From positions 1-47,909 of the forward strand of contig CAVRMZ010000032.1 in NCBI GenBank assembly GCA_963722445.1: a stretch of 47,909 nt of DNA, in the 5' to 3' direction. The number at the start of each line of letters is the position of its first letter. Positions within the stretch are counted from its first letter, which is position 1. The notes beneath the pieces were generated by a model. The model did not search any database. It had not been told where the DNA came from and saw only the letters and a program-made list of their open reading frames with translations. Shown piece after piece: positions 28,183 through 36,885 of the stretch. Source of the stretch: an uncultured Bacilli bacterium. Its GTDB lineage: Bacteria; Bacillota_I; Bacilli_A; RFN20; CAG-826. Made by a program: the position numbers and the translations under genes.

Positions 28183-31080
28183 TCATTCCGTCCTCAAGGC
28201 TTCGACCGGATCTCGTTTGGCGGCGATAAAAGCTGGGATGGCGCCGCTCACAAGCGCAAGCACCACGGCCAAACCCAAAAGCACAAGCGCATGGACGGGG
28301 TTGAGCTGAGCGATCGAGGAAAGGTTGTTCCCCGGATAAAGATTGTTGATGATGATGTTAATGGGTATGCAGGCGATATAAGTGAAACCGATGCCAATAA
28401 TGCCGGCCCCGAGGCCGACAACCGAACATTCGGCTTCGAAAAGCCTTGCCACATCGATCTTACGAGCTCCGCAGGCCCTCAGGATTCCGATCTCCTTGGT
28501 TCTTTCGATGACGGAGACATAGGTGATGATTCCCGTCATGACGGAACTGACGACCAAAGAAACGGAAGCGAAAACCAGCAAGACGATCGAAATGACATCG
28601 ATGAGGATGCCAAGCGAACTTGTGAGGGTCGACATCAAGTCGGTGTAAAGAATCGTCTCCACGTCCGTCTTTCCGACGTTATAGGCATCGAGATAAGCGT
28701 GGAGCTGGTCTTTGACCCTGAGATTGGCGGGGAAAATCAAAATCGAGGAAACGAGGGAATAGGAATTGTAGTAAGCCAAAAAGTCGATGGCGCCCCAGGG
28801 GCTGTCATCGCTCACCGCGTTGTTGTAGAAGTCGGCGCTGGTGAGCTTCCCTTCCCAATAATCAAGAAAGGTTTTCCACATGGAATCGGTGGCGCTATAG
28901 GCCGTCGAAGGAGTGGCCGGAAGATCCGTGATGTTATTTTCCCTAAAGTCCCCACCGACCGCTCGGTTGCTGCGTAAAAACCAATATAAAGAAGTAGAAT
29001 TCCCAAGTGTGTTTGAGCTTCGATACATATAAAGGGCGCTCCACCGATAGGCGCTGGTGATTAGATCGTTAAGCGTGCTTTCAGAAATAGCGCTTGCGCT
29101 GCTTGAAAACACTTTTTTAATGGCGGCATTGAGCGCCTTCAAACCATCGGGCGTGGTATCGTTTCCCCCGGTGTTCCGATAAATATAGAAATTGGAAGAC
29201 TGAATCTTGCCTAGGATCTCGCCTTTCCCGCCGGGCGACACATCGGCGGAGATGACGTCTTTCAAAGCCGTCGTATAGCCGATGGAAGAAGGCATCAAAT
29301 TGACGTAAGAACTCTCTGAAGGGCGAAGGACTCCCACGATTTTGAGTTTGATTGGATGGTAACGCCCCGTCGTGTCGTTCATGATCTTCCCGGTGTCGCT
29401 TTGAAGACGATAGTACTGAACATCCTGAGACGTCTCAGTTCCCACGAATTGATTGGTGAGGTAGTTGAAGTGGTCGATCTTCCAGGTCGGAATACTAATG
29501 CTCTTAGGAGCGTTTGCCGTTCCGTCCGCATTAGCCATATCGAACCAATCGCTATTGAGATAGGCGTAATAGGGTTTGTAGGAGATGTCTCCGTTTTTGT
29601 CGTAGACGAGGTCAGAGAAAGAAATCTTCGTCCCCGCCGTGGCGGAGGGCAAAGCCTCGCTATTGACGATCCCTAAATCCTGCAACGTGGCGAAGTCAAT
29701 CCGGTTGTAGCGGTCGGTGATCAAGACGATTTCATCGTAGTTCGTCGGAAACCGCCCGTAAATGCAGTTGTACATCGACGAAAGCCCGGATTGATCGCCA
29801 TAGAGCTCGTGGAAGACCGTTGCCGGAAGACTGGTGAGGGAAGACACGACGTCGTTGGTGACGCCGCTTTCGGCATATTGGTCAACCGTCTTAGCCAAAG
29901 GGGTGCCATCAGAATTGGTTCTTGTGCCATCTTGGGTCAAAACGTTAAACGCCAGATCTTCGCGGTTATAAAGAATCTCCCGAGCGAGGCCGTTGGTTTT
30001 GGTTTTGTTGATATAGTTAAAATAATCCTGATTGTAGTTGTTGCGGTGGGAGATATAGGAAGAACTCGAGGTATCGTAAACAACGAGATTGCCGTCATTC
30101 GGATACTCTGGGTCGTTGCTGGTCAAACTGGAATTTGATTTATAGGAATACTGAGCTGGGGAAATCGTAATCGGCATGCTGGAAGCCAAGGAGGATTCCA
30201 CGTTATTGACATAGGCCGAGAAACCATTGGAGACGGCTAAAACGAGCGAGACGCCAATGATGCCAAAACTAGAAGCGACGATGGTTAAAATCGTGCGGGC
30301 TTTTTTGGTTTGGATGCTGCTTAGAGAACTTTTAAAAGCCGTCCAGAAACTCATCGAGGTCTTTTTGCTGATGACTTTGCCTGAGGCGATGGTCGCCATC
30401 AGCGAAAGAGGGGCGCTGTCATCCGTGATGGAACCATCCTTCATTTCGATGATCCGGCTCGCATAACGGTTGGCCAAATCGCGGTTGTGGGTAACCATGA
30501 TCACAAGACGGTCTTTGCTGATGGCCTTGAGGATCTCCATAACCTGGATGGAGGTAACGGAATCCAAAGCTCCCGTCGGCTCGTCCGCTAAGACGATCTT
30601 AGGGTTGTTGACGATGGCGCGAGCCAAGGCCACGCGTTGCATCTGGCCACCCGAAAGCTGGTTTGGCTTCTTTTTGGCGGAGTCCGAAAGGCCCACGGAT
30701 TCAAGAGCCTTGAGCGCTCGTTCCTTCCGCTCAGAGCGCGAGACGCCGTTGAGCATCAAAGAAGTCTCGACGTTGGCGAGAACCGTTTGGTGCGGAATGA
30801 GATTATAGGTTTGGAAAACGAAGCCCACCATTTCGTTGCGGTAGGCATCCCATTCCGAATCCTTGAAATTGTTCGTGGATTTCCCATCAATCAGCAAATC
30901 GCCGGCGGTGTAATGGTCCAAGCCCCCGATGATGTTGAGAAGGGTGGTCTTGCCACATCCAGAAGGGCCAAGAACGGCAACGAAACCCTTATCGGGGAAG
31001 CTAAGCGAAAGATCCTTGAGAGCAGTGAAGGGCTTCCCGTCGATGTAGTAATCCTTTTTTATGTTCCGAAGTTCCAACAT
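28183..31080 (-). CDS. Fused ABC transporter ATPase/permease (MacB/FtsX type) with a large extracellular loop
   Basis: [20 protein letters not shown]-terminal [14 protein letters not shown]...DPVEALR. Start set at MLELRNIKK (31080). Confidence 0.93.
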   Translation of the reverse strand: MLELRNIKKDYYIDGKPFTALKDLSLSFPDKGFVAVLGPSGCGKTTLLNIIGGLDHYTAGDLLIDGKSTNNFKDSEWDAYRNEMVGFVFQTYNLIPHQTVLANVETSLMLNGVSRSERKERALKALESVGLSDSAKKKPNQLSGGQMQRVALARAIVNNPKIVLADEPTGALDSVTSIQVMEILKAISKDRLVIMVTHNRDLANRYASRIIEMKDGSITDDSAPLSLMATIASGKVISKKTSMSFWTAFKSSLSSIQTKKARTILTIVASSFGIIGVSLVLAVSNGFSAYVNNVESSLASSMPITISPAQYSYKSNSSLTSNDPEYPNDGNLVVYDTSSSSYISHRNNYNQDYFNYINKTKTNGLAREILYNREDLAFNVLTQDGTRTNSDGTPLAKTVDQYAESGVTNDVVSSLTSLPATVFHELYGDQSGLSSMYNCIYGRFPTNYDEIVLITDRYNRIDFATLQDLGIVNSEALPSATAGTKISFSDLVYDKNGDISYKPYYAYLNSDWFDMANADGTANAPKSISIPTWKIDHFNYLTNQFVGTETSQDVQYYRLQSDTGKIMNDTTGRYHPIKLKIVGVLRPSESSYVNLMPSSIGYTTALKDVISADVSPGGKGEILGKIQSSNFYIYRNTGGNDTTPDGLKALNAAIKKVFSSSASAISESTLNDLITSAYRWSALYMYRSSNTLGNSTSLYWFLRSNRAVGGDFRENNITDLPATPSTAYSATDSMWKTFLDYWEGKLTSADFYNNAVSDDSPWGAIDFLAYYNSYSLVSSILIFPANLRVKDQLHAYLDAYNVGKTDVETILYTDLMSTLTSSLGILIDVISIVLLVFASVSLVVSSVMTGIITYVSVIERTKEIGILRACGARKIDVARLFEAECSVVGLGAGIIGIGFTYIACIPINIIINNLYPGNNLSSIAQLNPVHALVLLGLAVVLALVSGAIPAFIAAKRDPVEALRTE

Positions 31081-31208
31081 TTTCGCTTCCCTGAAAAGCG
31101 TTACAAATATAACACAAGGAAACAAGCAAGTTGCCTAATAATTAAGCATCTTTTTGTACGCTGACAAAAACGCTAGTCGTTATCGCTTTAATCTTGCGAA
31201 GATTAAAT

Positions 31209-31658
31209 TCATTTTCTTTTTTCCGAGAAAAATTCCGTCAATAAAGCTTCGCATTCTTTTTCTTCAACGCCGCCCCGGATTAGCGGCCTTCCATAAAAGG
31301 TCGGAGCGTCGTAAACGAAGTAGCGCGAAACAAGCGCCCCGTCTTTGGGGTCTTGGGCCCCGAACACCACTCTTCCGATCCTTGCTTGAAGGATGGCGCC
31401 CGCACACATGAGGCATGGTTCGAGGGTGACATATAGCGTCGTCTGATCGAGCCGCCAGTTCTCTAGTTTCTTTTCGGCTTTCCGGATGGCTTCGATCTCG
31501 GCGTGCGAAGAAACGTCTTTTTTCTTTTCCCGACGATTAAACCCACGCCCGATAATCTTGCCGTCTCGAACGACGACGGCGCCGACGGGGACCTCGCCTT
31601 CAAGAGCGGCTCTCCGCGCTAAGACAAGGGCTTTCTCCATGTATTCTTCATCCGTCAT
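31209..31658 (-). CDS. tadA: tRNA adenosine(34) deaminase
   Basis: EVPVGAVV, HAE, TLEPCLMCAGA. Confidence 0.93.
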   Translation of the reverse strand: MTDEEYMEKALVLARRAALEGEVPVGAVVVRDGKIIGRGFNRREKKKDVSSHAEIEAIRKAEKKLENWRLDQTTLYVTLEPCLMCAGAILQARIGRVVFGAQDPKDGALVSRYFVYDAPTFYGRPLIRGGVEEKECEALLTEFFSEKRK

Positions 31659-31685
31659 GCCCCCATTATACAGGCAAAAAGAAAA

Positions 31686-31763
31686 CCACCGCGCAGGGGA
31701 TTCCCGATTAAGGCTGCTTCCTTCCGGACCTGACCTGGTTCACGGGCTTCTCCTCGCGATGGC
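31686..31763 (-). ncRNA. ffs: Small bacterial SRP RNA (4.5S type)
   Basis: Minus strand GTGAACCAGGTCAGGTCCGGAAGGAAGCAGC is the conserved helix 8. Ends GCCATCGCG/CGCGGTGG pair; TATAAT at 31775-31770; U-tract downstream. Confidence 0.93.
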
Positions 31764-31784
31764 GTTTCTATTATAGCGGTCTCG

Positions 31785-33071
31785 TTATTTCTTGGCGATT
31801 GGCTTTAGAACCGAAACGCCATTCATGAACGGACGCAGCACTTCTGGGACGATGACGGAGCCATCGGCTTGCTGGAACTGCTCCAAGATGGCCGGGAAGA
31901 CCCGCGAAGTCGCTAGGCCCGAACCATTCAGGGTGTGGCAGAAGTGAATGGCGCCTTCATGATCCTTGTAACGAATCATGCCGCGCCGTGCCTGATAGTC
32001 TCTCGCATTAGAAACACTCGACACTTCCTTGTAAATATGCATCGAAGGAATCCATACCTCGACGTCATAGGTGCGCGCCATCGAAGCGCTGCAATCGCCG
32101 GCCGCCAATTTATCAAGCTGGTAGCAAAGGCCAAGGCCTTCAACGAGTTTTTGGGCTTTTTTAACGAGTTCCTCGAAGGCGGCGTCCGATCCGTCTTCCG
32201 TGGTGTATTGGACCATTTCGACCTTATTGAACTGATAGCCTCTCACCGTGCCTCTTTCGTCGGTTCTGTAGCTTCCGGCTTCCTTGCGGTAGCAGGGCGT
32301 ATAGGCGAAGAGCTTCTTCGGGAGGTCGTCGATCGGGATGATCTCGTTGCGGTAAAGGTTCACGAGCGCGGTCTCGGCGGTCGGCAAAAGAAACTTTTTG
32401 GTCTCGGAGTTTCCGATCCAGAAAACATCGTCTCGGAACTTCGGGAACTGGCCTGCGGTAAAGCCGCTTTCTTCGTTGAGAAGGTGCGGCGGGAGAATAA
32501 AGGTATAGCCATCGGCAAGATGCGACTGGATGAAATAATTGAGAAGCGCCCATTCCATCTGCGCGCCAAGACCCGTATAAATCCAAGTTCCGGTGCCGGC
32601 GATCTTAGCGGCCCTCTTATAATCGATAAGACCAAGGGATTCCGCTAATTCGACGTGATCTTTGGGCTTAAAGCCCTCGAACTTCGGCTCTTGGCCAAAA
32701 TGGTAAATCGGATGGTTGTTCTCTTTGCCCCCGGCCAATAAATCCGGATCGGGCATATTGGGCAGGACGGCCACCGCATCGAAAATTTGGCTTTCAACGG
32801 CCTTGAGCTCGTCTTCCTTGGCTTTATTGGCTGCGGAAAGCTCTTTGACTTTGGCGAAGATCTCTATGAGGTTGCCACCCGCTTTCTTAACGGCGGGCAC
32901 GCTCGCGGATAGTTTGTTCTGCTCCGCTTTGGCCGCTTCGACTTCCTTAAGAAGCGAACGGCGGTAGGCAAAAAGCTTAAGAAGCGGGGCCGGATCGAAG
33001 TCCCAACCCTTCTTCGCCAAGGCCGCTTTGACCTCTTCCGGCTTTTCTTCAATCCGCTTGTAATCAATCAT
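31785..33071 (-). CDS. serS: Serine--tRNA ligase
   Basis: N-terminal coiled coil, LLPTAET, CYRKEAGS, QFNKVE, HTLNGSGLA. Confidence 0.97.
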   Translation of the reverse strand: MIDYKRIEEKPEEVKAALAKKGWDFDPAPLLKLFAYRRSLLKEVEAAKAEQNKLSASVPAVKKAGGNLIEIFAKVKELSAANKAKEDELKAVESQIFDAVAVLPNMPDPDLLAGGKENNHPIYHFGQEPKFEGFKPKDHVELAESLGLIDYKRAAKIAGTGTWIYTGLGAQMEWALLNYFIQSHLADGYTFILPPHLLNEESGFTAGQFPKFRDDVFWIGNSETKKFLLPTAETALVNLYRNEIIPIDDLPKKLFAYTPCYRKEAGSYRTDERGTVRGYQFNKVEMVQYTTEDGSDAAFEELVKKAQKLVEGLGLCYQLDKLAAGDCSASMARTYDVEVWIPSMHIYKEVSSVSNARDYQARRGMIRYKDHEGAIHFCHTLNGSGLATSRVFPAILEQFQQADGSVIVPEVLRPFMNGVSVLKPIAKK

Positions 33072-33073
33072 GC

Positions 33074-34084
33074 TTATTCCTCCGAGTCCTTCAAAACGGA
33101 CTCATAATACGCCTTCAGGCGTTTCCCCGTCTCGAGAAGGGAATTCGCCTTGGCGGTGCGATACCCTTCGATTATAGTCGAAGCGAGTTTTCCTGAGCAG
33201 TAGGAATCGAGGGCTTTGCCTGCCTTATCCGGCGTTGAGAAGGCCAAGCAGTTCTTTTTGTCGATAAGGATTTCGCCTTCGATAGGCTGGCCAACATAGA
33301 GGATTTGCGTCTTGCTGGCCATGGCTTCGAGCGCCACCAAGGCATCAAAGCGGGCGGAGGCAAAGACGAGATAGACGGCGGCGCACATCATTCCAGAACG
33401 GTAGACATCGTCTTCGACCACCGGGGAGAATCTGAGATTCTTAGGCGCCTCGCGATTCAGCTTCTTTAACAGAATGTCGCCCCCGAGCTTCAAAAGCCCG
33501 AAATAGAAGAACCGCATCGAAGGCATCGCCAAAGCCATCTCGCTTAATTCACCGATGGTCTCTTTGTCCTCGAAATCCCCGACGGTTATGGCGAACTTGG
33601 TCGTTGGCGGAAAACGGAAATAACGGCTGAAGACCTCAAGTTCGATGGGGTCCGATTTCTCAAACCGAGCCAAATTGACGCCGGGAGAAAGGGGCTTCAC
33701 ATGCGGATTTTTAAGCCCGCACTGAACAAGAAGGTCCCGCTCGGCCACGCTCGGGACCAGAATCAAATCGGCTGACTCAAGCATCCGCTCGGCTTTGGGC
33801 GACAGCGAATAGTAGCCATCGTCATCTCGTTCCAAAAAGCGATCGTAGGGATCGTTTTCGCCATAAAGGGCGCTCACGACGAGTTTCACGCCATCGAATT
33901 TGGAATCATGGGCTTTAGCCTCGTCCAAAGGGGAGATGAAATGAGCGATGTCGGGTAAGGCGAAAACGCTTTCGACCCAACCGACGCCGGTCAATTCCAA
34001 GGCGCCTTTAAGATTCTTCCGCAGCCTCGTGCCTTCGAACACGTCGTTCTTGGGCCCGGGGTTGTAGTAGACGAGGATTTTCAT
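33074..34084 (-). CDS. Divergent GT4/GT-B glycosyltransferase (CpoA-like)
   Basis: ADLILVPS, LSPGVNLARF, VALEAMAS; tightly coupled between gyrA and serS. Confidence 0.75.
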   Translation of the reverse strand: MKILVYYNPGPKNDVFEGTRLRKNLKGALELTGVGWVESVFALPDIAHFISPLDEAKAHDSKFDGVKLVVSALYGENDPYDRFLERDDDGYYSLSPKAERMLESADLILVPSVAERDLLVQCGLKNPHVKPLSPGVNLARFEKSDPIELEVFSRYFRFPPTTKFAITVGDFEDKETIGELSEMALAMPSMRFFYFGLLKLGGDILLKKLNREAPKNLRFSPVVEDDVYRSGMMCAAVYLVFASARFDALVALEAMASKTQILYVGQPIEGEILIDKKNCLAFSTPDKAGKALDSYCSGKLASTIIEGYRTAKANSLLETGKRLKAYYESVLKDSEE

Positions 34085-34089
34085 CGCCC

Positions 34090-36870
34090 TTATTCGTCGT
34101 CCTTGCCGCTTCCGGAGACGCCATCGGACGAAGAAGCGTCTTCGTCAACGTCGTTCGGGGTGACGACTTTGGCCGCGGGCTTTTTCAAGGCGTCTTCGCT
34201 CGGGGCCACTAAGCCCGGGTTAATCTCTTCGATCGGCGCGGAAGCGTCATCAGCGACCGCGGATTCATCAAGATGAGGAACAACGGCCAAGGAAGCGACC
34301 TTCTGGCCAGGATCGAGCGCGATGATCTTGACGCCTTGGGTGTTTCGCCCTGCGATCTTGACCTGCGATAGCGGAGTGCGAATGACAATGCCATGGGTGG
34401 TGATGACCATGAGGTCTTCGTCGCCATGGACGCACCGCATGGCCGTGAGTTCGCCGTTCTTGGCGCTCTCTTTAAGGGAGTAAACGCCTTTGGCGCCTCG
34501 CGCGGTAAGCCGATAGCCATCATAGTGGCGGGCCGTGCCATCTTCCATGGTGATGTCGGTATCGGAAGCATAACTGATCTTGCCATAGCCTAGAGCCGTC
34601 AAAACCAAGATTTTATCGCCCTCCAAGGAGGTCGTGATATCGACGAGATGCGACCCGTCTTTGAGATTCATGCCCGTAACGCCGGCGGCATCGCGCCCCA
34701 TGGAGCGGACATCCGCTTCGTGGAAGGAGCAGACCTTGCCGTTGCTCGAAGCCAAGCCGATAACGGCTGATCCGTTGGTCCTCTTGACGGCGAGAAGCGA
34801 ATCGCCCTCCCGCAAGGACAAAGCGCGTTTGCCGTTGTTGTGAATCGAAGCGAATTCGGTCAAAGCCGTCCGCTTAACAACGCCGCCGACGGTGGCGAAG
34901 AAGAGATAGTCTTTGTCGGAGTAATCATCGCAAGTCACAATCGAAATGATCTTCTCGTTCTGATCAAGATTGAGAAGGTTGATGGCGGGCATGCCTTTGG
35001 AATCACGGGCGCCATCCGGCACCATATAGCCTCGCATCCGGTAGACCTGGCCCAAGGAGCTGAAAAAGAGAAGATCCGTGTGGGTCTTGGTGTGCAGCAT
35101 GATGGACACTAAGTCGCCATTGGTGGTGCTCATGCCTTTGACGCCGCGCCCGCCGCGATTCTGGGTTCTGAAGGTCTGATCGTTCATTCGTTTGAGATAT
35201 CCGTTCTTCGTCAGGACCACGATGATGTCTTCCTGCGGAAGGAGATCCTCGTTATCGATGTCGGCGGCCTCGTTGGAAATCTCGGTCATGCGGGCGTCGC
35301 CGAAGCGCTCTTTGATATCGGTCAGCTCTTCGATGAAAAGATCGACGATGTGCTGTTTGTCGCTAAGAAGGAACTTGTAACGCTCGATGCTCTTGGTGAG
35401 ATCGGCGTGCTCGGCTTGAAGCTTATCCTGCTCAAGCCCCTCCAAGCGGCGGAGGGTCATGGCGAGAATCGCGTCGGTCTGGTCTTCGGTCAGGCCAAAG
35501 CGCTCATTGAGTTTGGCGGCCGATTCCTCGTCGGTCTTGGAAGCTCTAATGATGTGGATGACTTCATCGATGTTGTCGTGGGCGAGCAATAAGCCAATCA
35601 CGATGTGGTCGCGATCGGCGTCTCGCTGCAAGAGAAATTTGGTTCTCCGCGTGAGAACCTCGAGCTGGAATTTGTTGTATTCGGAAATGAGCGTCGTGAT
35701 CGGCAGCACGCGGGGCTCGCCATTGACCAAGCAAAGGTTAATGACCCCGTAGTTGATCTGCATCTGCGTGTGTTTGATGAGGTTGTTGGCGACGACTTCC
35801 GGCATCGAATCGCGCCGGATTTCAATGACGACGCGAATGCCTTCCTTGTTGGATTCATCGCGAATATCGGTGATGCCGTCGATGATTTTGTCACGAACGA
35901 GCTGAGCCATGTTTTCGATCATCGCGGATTTGTTCACCTGATAAGGAATCTCGGTGATGATGATGCGGCTCTTGCCGCTCTCTTCTTCTTCGATGTGGTA
36001 TTTGCTTCGAATCGTGACGGAGCCCGTCCCGGTCGTGAAGTAGTCCAAAATGCCCTGCCGCCCCAAAATAACGCCGCCGGTCGGGAAATCAGGGCCGTAA
36101 ATGCATGTGGTCATGAGTTCGAGCGGAGTGATGGCTGGGTTTTTGGCAAAAGCGATGCAGGCGTCGATGGATTCCGAAAGATTGTGGGTTGGCATATTCG
36201 TCGCCATGCCCACGGCGATGCCTTCGCTTCCGTTCACCAAAAGGTTCGGGAAACGAGAAGGCAAAACGACCGGTTCCTTTTCGGTGCCGTCGTAGTTGTC
36301 GCAGAAGTCGACCGTGTTCTTATCGAGGTCGCGGATGATTTCCACGGCCAATTTGGTCATTCTGGCTTCGGTATAACGCATGGCGGCGGGCTCGTCCCCG
36401 TCGATGGAGCCGAAATTGCCATGTCCGTCGACAAGGGTGTAGCGCATGGCAAAGGGCTGCGCCATACGGACGAGCGTCAAGTACAAAGCGGCATCGCCGT
36501 GCGGGTGGTATTTGCCCATGACATCGCCGACGATACGAGCGCATTTCTTATAAGGTTTCCCAGGCTGCATGCCCGATTCGTTCATGCCGTAGATGATGCG
36601 GCGCTGAACGGGTTTTAGGCCATCGCGAACATCCGGAATAGCCCGGCTTTCGATGACGGACATCGAGTACGAAAGGAAGGCCGTTTGGACCTCGTTCGTG
36701 ATTTCGCGGTCGATGAGGCCTGGCATGATGCCAGCCACGGCCGCGTCTTGCTTGGCGTGATCAGCCGGGGCTTCCGGAGCGACCGCTTGCTCTGCCGTTT
36801 CGGTCTTGTCGTCTTGCTCTTCCGGGGTTTCCTCGGTGAGCAAATCTTTCTTCTTGTCTTCGTTATCCAT
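34090..36870 (-). CDS. gyrA: DNA gyrase subunit A
   Basis: RAIPDVRDGLKPV, YHPHGD, AAMRYTE, GyrA-box QNRGGRG. Confidence 0.98.
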   Translation of the reverse strand: MDNEDKKKDLLTEETPEEQDDKTETAEQAVAPEAPADHAKQDAAVAGIMPGLIDREITNEVQTAFLSYSMSVIESRAIPDVRDGLKPVQRRIIYGMNESGMQPGKPYKKCARIVGDVMGKYHPHGDAALYLTLVRMAQPFAMRYTLVDGHGNFGSIDGDEPAAMRYTEARMTKLAVEIIRDLDKNTVDFCDNYDGTEKEPVVLPSRFPNLLVNGSEGIAVGMATNMPTHNLSESIDACIAFAKNPAITPLELMTTCIYGPDFPTGGVILGRQGILDYFTTGTGSVTIRSKYHIEEEESGKSRIIITEIPYQVNKSAMIENMAQLVRDKIIDGITDIRDESNKEGIRVVIEIRRDSMPEVVANNLIKHTQMQINYGVINLCLVNGEPRVLPITTLISEYNKFQLEVLTRRTKFLLQRDADRDHIVIGLLLAHDNIDEVIHIIRASKTDEESAAKLNERFGLTEDQTDAILAMTLRRLEGLEQDKLQAEHADLTKSIERYKFLLSDKQHIVDLFIEELTDIKERFGDARMTEISNEAADIDNEDLLPQEDIIVVLTKNGYLKRMNDQTFRTQNRGGRGVKGMSTTNGDLVSIMLHTKTHTDLLFFSSLGQVYRMRGYMVPDGARDSKGMPAINLLNLDQNEKIISIVTCDDYSDKDYLFFATVGGVVKRTALTEFASIHNNGKRALSLREGDSLLAVKRTNGSAVIGLASSNGKVCSFHEADVRSMGRDAAGVTGMNLKDGSHLVDITTSLEGDKILVLTALGYGKISYASDTDITMEDGTARHYDGYRLTARGAKGVYSLKESAKNGELTAMRCVHGDEDLMVITTHGIVIRTPLSQVKIAGRNTQGVKIIALDPGQKVASLAVVPHLDESAVADDASAPIEEINPGLVAPSEDALKKPAAKVVTPNDVDEDASSSDGVSGSGKDDE

Positions 36871-36885
36871 TGATTTGGCCTCCTA

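Noticed and set aside
31092-31105. cre-like TGAAAAGCGTTACA upstream of the ABC transporter
   Set aside because: The central CG is out of register with the 14-bp CcpA consensus; too weak to call.
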